In this document: positions 59,174-64,000 of the stretch, piece by piece
How the letters are laid out: each line of letters opens with the position of its first letter
How positions within the stretch are numbered: position 1 is the first letter of the stretch
Source: Oscillospiraceae bacterium
Lineage (GTDB): Bacteria; Bacillota; Clostridia; Oscillospirales; Acutalibacteraceae
DNA: 64,000 bases
Reading direction: 5' to 3'
Assembly (NCBI GenBank): GCA_047777415.1
Contig: JBKEEO010000002.1
Coordinates: 672,420 to 736,419, forward strand
Translations under genes and position numbers: made by a program
The notes under the pieces: generated by a model
What the model was told of the DNA's origin: nothing
The model's input: the letters and a program-made list of their open reading frames with translations, nothing else
Database searches by the model: none

Positions 59174-61251
59174 TCGTCCTCCATCTTTTCAAAACCGCAA
59201 TCGGGCGTTACGCAGTATAGTTTAGGATGCTTTCCCTTTTTCTTCAGAAGAGTTTTGCCGCATTTGGGACACTTTTCTTTTGAAGGTTCATCCCAAGACA
59301 CAAAATCACAATTGGGATAATTGGAACAACCGTAAAACACGCGTCCTTTTTTGGTCTTCTTCACAATTACTTTTCCGCCGCATTTGGGACATTCGGCTCC
59401 GGTTTCCTGCACATATTTCTTAACATTTTTACATTCCGGATATCCGGGACACGCTAAAAATTTACCGTAACGGCCAGTTTTGATGACCATATTTCTTCCG
59501 CATTTTTCACAGATGACGTTAGTTACATCTTCCTTTAGCTGGATTTTAACGCCTTTCATCTCTTCTTTTGCGGTTTTTAAAGTTTTGTCAAAGTCCCCAT
59601 AAAATTCTTCCAACGTTTGTACCCAATCGGTCTTTCCACTTTGAACTTCATCTAGGTTGCTTTCCACCTGTGCTGTGAATTTTACGTTGACGATTTTTGG
59701 AAATCGTTCTTTCATTAAGGTGGTGACGGTTTCCCCTAACTCCGTTGGTTTAAGAGTTTTTCCTTCACGTACAACATATTCTCTTGCGGTTATGGTTGAA
59801 ATCGTTGTGGCATAAGTGGAAGGACGACCAATGCCGTTTTCTTCCAGAGCCTTGATTAACGACGCTTCGGTATATCGCGGCGGCGGCTGCGTAAAGTGTT
59901 GACTGCCAGAAATTTCTTTTAGTTTCAAGGGCATTCCTGTTTCTAAATCCGGAAGAGCAACACTCTTCTCATCCTTTTCATCCTTCGCTTCTTCGTAAAG
60001 AACAGTAAAGCCGTCAAATGCAACCGTATATCCGGATGCTTTAAAAATATAATTTTTAGCTTGAATATCGGCCCGGGTGGTACTTTGTATGCAATTTGCC
60101 ATTTGACATGCCAAAAATCGTTCCCAAATCAGTTTATACAACTTATACTGGTCGGAAGACAAACTGTCTTTTACTTTTTCCGGCGGAAGAGAAGGCATGG
60201 TTGGCCGAATGGCTTCATGCCCATCTTGAGCATTTGCCCGGGATTTATAATGTCGTGGTGAATCCGGAAGATATTTTTCGCCCCAACGTTCGCGGATATA
60301 TTCTCTCGCTTCTTCCAGTGCATCATCTGAAATGCGAAGCGAGTCCGTTCTCATATAGGTAATTAAACCAACCGCTCCAAGGCCAGGAATTTCTACACCT
60401 TCATACAGTTCCTGGGCGGCTTTCATCGTCCGTCTTGCCTGAAAGCCCAGACGGCGGGAGGCCTCCTGCTGGAGCGTTGAGGTAATAAAAGGAGGAGCAG
60501 GCGATTTACGCCTTTGGCCTTTTTTTACTTTAACAACATTAAAATCAGCATCTTTTAAATCTTCCAGAATACGGTCGGATTCCTCTTTACTGGAAATTTT
60601 TATTTTACCGTTTGTATCGCCGTAAAAACTTGCGGCGAAGGATTTTCGGGAGCCTTTTGGCACAAATTTCGCATCAATGGTCCAATACTCTTCCGGCACA
60701 AAATTGCGAATCTCGTTTTCACGGTCTACAATAATGCGGACTGCAACGGACTGCACCCTTCCTGCGGAAAGGCCGCGTCTGATTTTTTGGGACAAAAACG
60801 GACTGAGCTTATAACCGACTAATCGGTCCAGAATACGACGTGCCTGCTGGGCATTCACCAGGTTAAGATCGATGCTCCTGGGATTCTGCATTCCATGTGT
60901 CACGCCCGCTTTTGTGATTTCGTTGAAAGTAACCCTATTTTTTTCATTCATATCAAGGCCGAGAATATATGCAAGATGCCAAGAAATCGCCTCGCCTTCT
61001 CGGTCCGGGTCGGTGGCAAGCAAAATAGAGTCACTTTTATCTGCACGTTCCTTTAGCTCTTGCACCAATTTTTCTTTGCCTTTAATGATTTCGTATTTTG
61101 GTTTAAATTTATTTTTAACGTCAACACTTAAACGGCTTTGAGGTAAATCTCTTACATGGCCCATTGATGCTACAACCTCAAAACCGGTTCCTAAATATTT
61201 CTGAATCGTTTTTGCTTTAGCCGGAGATTCCACGATCACCAGCTTGGACAT
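59170..61251 (-). CDS. topA: DNA topoisomerase I
   Basis: VESPAK, ATDPDREGE, ITYMRTD, zinc ribbons. Confidence 0.98.
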   Translation of the reverse strand: MSKLVIVESPAKAKTIQKYLGTGFEVVASMGHVRDLPQSRLSVDVKNKFKPKYEIIKGKEKLVQELKERADKSDSILLATDPDREGEAISWHLAYILGLDMNEKNRVTFNEITKAGVTHGMQNPRSIDLNLVNAQQARRILDRLVGYKLSPFLSQKIRRGLSAGRVQSVAVRIIVDRENEIRNFVPEEYWTIDAKFVPKGSRKSFAASFYGDTNGKIKISSKEESDRILEDLKDADFNVVKVKKGQRRKSPAPPFITSTLQQEASRRLGFQARRTMKAAQELYEGVEIPGLGAVGLITYMRTDSLRISDDALEEAREYIRERWGEKYLPDSPRHYKSRANAQDGHEAIRPTMPSLPPEKVKDSLSSDQYKLYKLIWERFLACQMANCIQSTTRADIQAKNYIFKASGYTVAFDGFTVLYEEAKDEKDEKSVALPDLETGMPLKLKEISGSQHFTQPPPRYTEASLIKALEENGIGRPSTYATTISTITAREYVVREGKTLKPTELGETVTTLMKERFPKIVNVKFTAQVESNLDEVQSGKTDWVQTLEEFYGDFDKTLKTAKEEMKGVKIQLKEDVTNVICEKCGRNMVIKTGRYGKFLACPGYPECKNVKKYVQETGAECPKCGGKVIVKKTKKGRVFYGCSNYPNCDFVSWDEPSKEKCPKCGKTLLKKKGKHPKLYCVTPDCGFEKMEDE

Positions 61252-61311
61252 AAAACCACCTCACATCTATAAACATTTTCCATCCTGCAACCGTACATAC
61301 GAATGGAAACA

Positions 61312-62484
61312 TTAACGCGGCAAGCTGTACCGCCTGCCAGAATGGGATTCAATAGCGCCCTCCAATTCCAATTCCGTAATGGCAGAAAGCAGCCTCGCCG
61401 CCGGAATCTTTGTAATCTCAATCAATTCAGCAATCGGGCGAGGAATATTGGTTAAACTGGACAATAGTATTTGCGCATCCGGGGAAAATTTATCCGCGCT
61501 CGGTATAACCTGTTTCGAATATTCCTCAAATGAATTACTATTTGCGCTATTCTCTTCTATAATAACATTTGTTTTAGCATCGTCAAGAAAAAATTTGCTT
61601 TTTCTCCACTCAGGATATTCTTCAAGAATCTCTTTTGCTCCGCTGACAGGCTTTGCTCCGGACTTAATCAAGTTGTTGACTCCGGCCGAAACAGGGCTAG
61701 ATATACTGCATGGAACCGCAAAAACATCACGACCCTGTTCCAGTGCGTAGTCCGCTGTAATTAGGGATCCGCTTCTTGCGGCAGCTTCTACCACAAGCGT
61801 TCCGAGCGACAATCCAGAAATAATCCGATTTCGAATTGGAAAATTTGAAGCAGTTGCCTGTGTCTGCGGCGGAAACTCGGAAATGAGTGCTCCTTTCAGC
61901 GCAATGGTATCCCGAAGAGAAGCATTTGTCACCAAATAGTCCGTATCAATGCCGCATCCAAGAACACAAACCGTTTTGCCTCCGGCCTGAAGAGCACCCT
62001 GATGAGCGGCAGTATCGATGCCCAAAGCACCCCCGCTCACAACTACGACGCCATTTTTTGCAAGCTCATACGCAAAACTTCGTGCGGCAGCCTTTCCGGT
62101 TTGCGTTGCTTTTCTGGTTCCAACAATCGAGATAGCCGGTTCCCTGTTAAAATCAGGCAAATGTCCTTTTACATACAGCGCACACGGCGCATTGCGGATT
62201 TGGCGCAGCGGAGCCGGGTACTCGTCACAGTCAGGGGTAACAACTGCTTGTCCGATTTTTTCACAATATTCCAGCAGAGCTTGTGCATCGGACAGCGTAT
62301 AAGTTTCCATATTTCGAATTTCTTTTGGCGTGAAATATCCCTCCAGAAGCCACGCTTCCTTACCCCCGGCATAAAAATCCTCCAGGCTTTTCCAACTTTC
62401 AAAGATTCGATTCTGTTTGGAACTGCCCGCACCAAGCGCATGCTGCAGCCAAAGCCAGAAAACCCTCGGATCATATTGACTCAT
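61312..62484 (-). CDS. dprA: DNA processing protein DprA
   Basis: IVGTR, VSGGALGID, FPIRNRIISG, SGSLITA; start at ATG 62484. Confidence 0.94.
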   Translation of the reverse strand: MSQYDPRVFWLWLQHALGAGSSKQNRIFESWKSLEDFYAGGKEAWLLEGYFTPKEIRNMETYTLSDAQALLEYCEKIGQAVVTPDCDEYPAPLRQIRNAPCALYVKGHLPDFNREPAISIVGTRKATQTGKAAARSFAYELAKNGVVVVSGGALGIDTAAHQGALQAGGKTVCVLGCGIDTDYLVTNASLRDTIALKGALISEFPPQTQATASNFPIRNRIISGLSLGTLVVEAAARSGSLITADYALEQGRDVFAVPCSISSPVSAGVNNLIKSGAKPVSGAKEILEEYPEWRKSKFFLDDAKTNVIIEENSANSNSFEEYSKQVIPSADKFSPDAQILLSSLTNIPRPIAELIEITKIPAARLLSAITELELEGAIESHSGRRYSLPR

Positions 62485-63293
62485 AAAGCAGCCCCTCCTG
62501 CTTGATTTTTCATTATTTCCCAAATTAAAATTGCCGCCGCAGCAGATGCATTTAAAGATTCCGCCCGACCCAGCATAGGAATGGTAACCTCTATGGAACA
62601 AGCCTTTCTTGTTTCCTGTGTCAAACCGTTCCCTTCATTTCCGACAACCATTACGCATTGATGGGAATGTATATTTGTTATGGGCTGCGCATTGCTGTCT
62701 GGGACGGCAGCTGCTGTAACAAATCCGCACTGATTTAAGCCGGATAAAAAATCAGGAAGATCTTCCGCAATGCAAAATGGCAGGCGAAACACGGCCCCCA
62801 TCGATGCACGTAGAACCTTTGGGGAATAGATATCACAGCAGTTGCCGCCTAAGACAATCCCGCTCACGCCAAGTGCTTCCGCCGTACGGAGTATGGTTCC
62901 CATATTAGCAGGATCCTGTAAATTTTCCAGTGCAAGATAGGCACCCGGCGCCGCTATATTGTATTCACTGGCCGTTTTGGGCGGCATTGCGCAAATGCAA
63001 AAAATACCCTGGGGCGTTTTGGTGCACGACAAAGCCTTCGCGGCCTGCGGTCCTACAAGATAAATTTCCTGTGCTTGTTCCATAACCGGACGAAGATATT
63101 GCTGATACTTTTGCGCAGCGTGTTCCGTATACAGCAATGTGTGAATGATAACACCGCTGTATGCGGCGTCCGCACACAGACGTGCCCCTTCCAAAAAATA
63201 CAGCCCACATTCTGTACGATACTGAGCGGAACTGGATAACCGCACAGCTTTTTTGATCATGTCGTTACTGCGGCTTAAAATCATTTTAGGCAT
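62481..63293 (-). CDS. TrmH/SpoU family RNA methyltransferase
   Basis: LENLQDPANMGTILRT, VGNEGNGL, ESLNAS. Confidence 0.92.
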   Translation of the reverse strand: MPKMILSRSNDMIKKAVRLSSSAQYRTECGLYFLEGARLCADAAYSGVIIHTLLYTEHAAQKYQQYLRPVMEQAQEIYLVGPQAAKALSCTKTPQGIFCICAMPPKTASEYNIAAPGAYLALENLQDPANMGTILRTAEALGVSGIVLGGNCCDIYSPKVLRASMGAVFRLPFCIAEDLPDFLSGLNQCGFVTAAAVPDSNAQPITNIHSHQCVMVVGNEGNGLTQETRKACSIEVTIPMLGRAESLNASAAAAILIWEIMKNQAGGAAL

Positions 63294-63357
63294 TCGGCAA
63301 GAACTCCCAACGGATAAAATGAGCGCCCGGGGCCATCCGGGCGCAATGTATGGTTTA

Positions 63358-63711
63358 TTAAACTGCAGATTTTGCCTTTTCCACCAAGCTCTTGAATGCA
63401 GCTTCATCTGCAACAGCAATTTCCGCGAGCATTTTTCTGTTCAGCGTAATCCCTGATTTTTTCAGACCGTTCATGAACACGGAATAACTGACGCCATTGG
63501 CACGGCATGCGGCCGAAATTCTGGTAATCCAAAGGCGGCGAAAATCTCTTTTTCTAGCCTTGCGGCCAATAAACGCATAATTTCCGGATTTCATAACGGC
63601 CTGTTTGGCCATTTTAAAGTGACGGCTTTTGGCACCGAAATAACCTTTTGCAAGTTTTAACGTCTTTTTTCTTCTTTTGCGCGTCATCAGCGCACCTTTA
63701 ACACGTGCCAT
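63358..63711 (-). CDS. rplT: 50S ribosomal protein L20
   Basis: [24 protein letters not shown]. Confidence 0.98.
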   Translation of the reverse strand: MARVKGALMTRKRRKKTLKLAKGYFGAKSRHFKMAKQAVMKSGNYAFIGRKARKRDFRRLWITRISAACRANGVSYSVFMNGLKKSGITLNRKMLAEIAVADEAAFKSLVEKAKSAV

Positions 63712-63759
63712 TCTATTACCTCCAAATTAATGGTAAATTTCCGATTTCCGAGCAGTCTG

Positions 63760-63957
63760 TTACTGATAGGGAATCAGCTTTTTAATGCTTGCCACATTTG
63801 TTTTGTCGGCAACAACTGTTTTGCGCAATCCACGCTTACGTTTTGTTGTCTTTTTGTTCAGAATGTGCGATTTATTCGCATGAGCGCGGATAACCTTACC
63901 GTTTTTAGATAGTTTAAAGCGCTTTTTTGCACCGGTATGTGTTTTAATCTTAGGCAT
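63760..63957 (-). CDS. rpmI: 50S ribosomal protein L35
   Basis: [15 protein letters not shown]. Confidence 0.98.
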   Translation of the reverse strand: MPKIKTHTGAKKRFKLSKNGKVIRAHANKSHILNKKTTKRKRGLRKTVVADKTNVASIKKLIPYQ

Positions 63958-64000
63958 GACTGCCCCTCCTTATAGAAACTTTACTTTACGGGTTTGGAGG

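Noticed and set aside
1-64000. CRISPR array, tRNA, rRNA, prophage or defence island
   Set aside because: No regularly spaced repeats, cloverleafs, rRNA-like sequence or phage/defence ORFs seen; nearly all space is occupied by recognisable genes.
63980-64000. 3' end of infC
   Set aside because: Expected by synteny (infC-rpmI-rplT), but only about six codons are visible, which is too little to call.

Overview
A mostly minus-strand stretch of core chromosome from a low-GC, spore-forming Bacillota. polC, dpaA/dpaB and the gene style suggest a clostridial, Oscillospiraceae-like organism (inference). Housekeeping content: partial metY, dpaAB, murC, pyrE-radC-uvrB-uvrA, an RluA synthase, hisZGDCBAIE (no hisH or hisF), polC-ispG-rseP-dxr-cdsA-uppS-frr-pyrH, nrdR, an ABC-F, an HPr-like protein, mtaB, leuS, rsfS-yqeK-nadD-yhbY-rdgB, ftsY-smc-radical SAM-rnc-plsX-trmFO-topA-dprA, rplT and rpmI. 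The only accessory region is a 5.5 kb nested IS pile (4601-10064) inside the murC/uvrA bidirectional terminator. An IS1182-type unit duplicated the whole 27 bp terminator hairpin. It has two same-orientation copies of one end enclosing about 0.9 kb of foreign cargo, including a 66 aa membrane protein gene, and carries its own terminators. It was later hit by IS3, IS256 and ISL3 elements. A second intact ISL3 sits at 17464-18843. A guanidine-IV-type riboswitch precedes the MATE gene. No CRISPR, tRNA or rRNA was seen. All analysis was by eye; no database searches were run.
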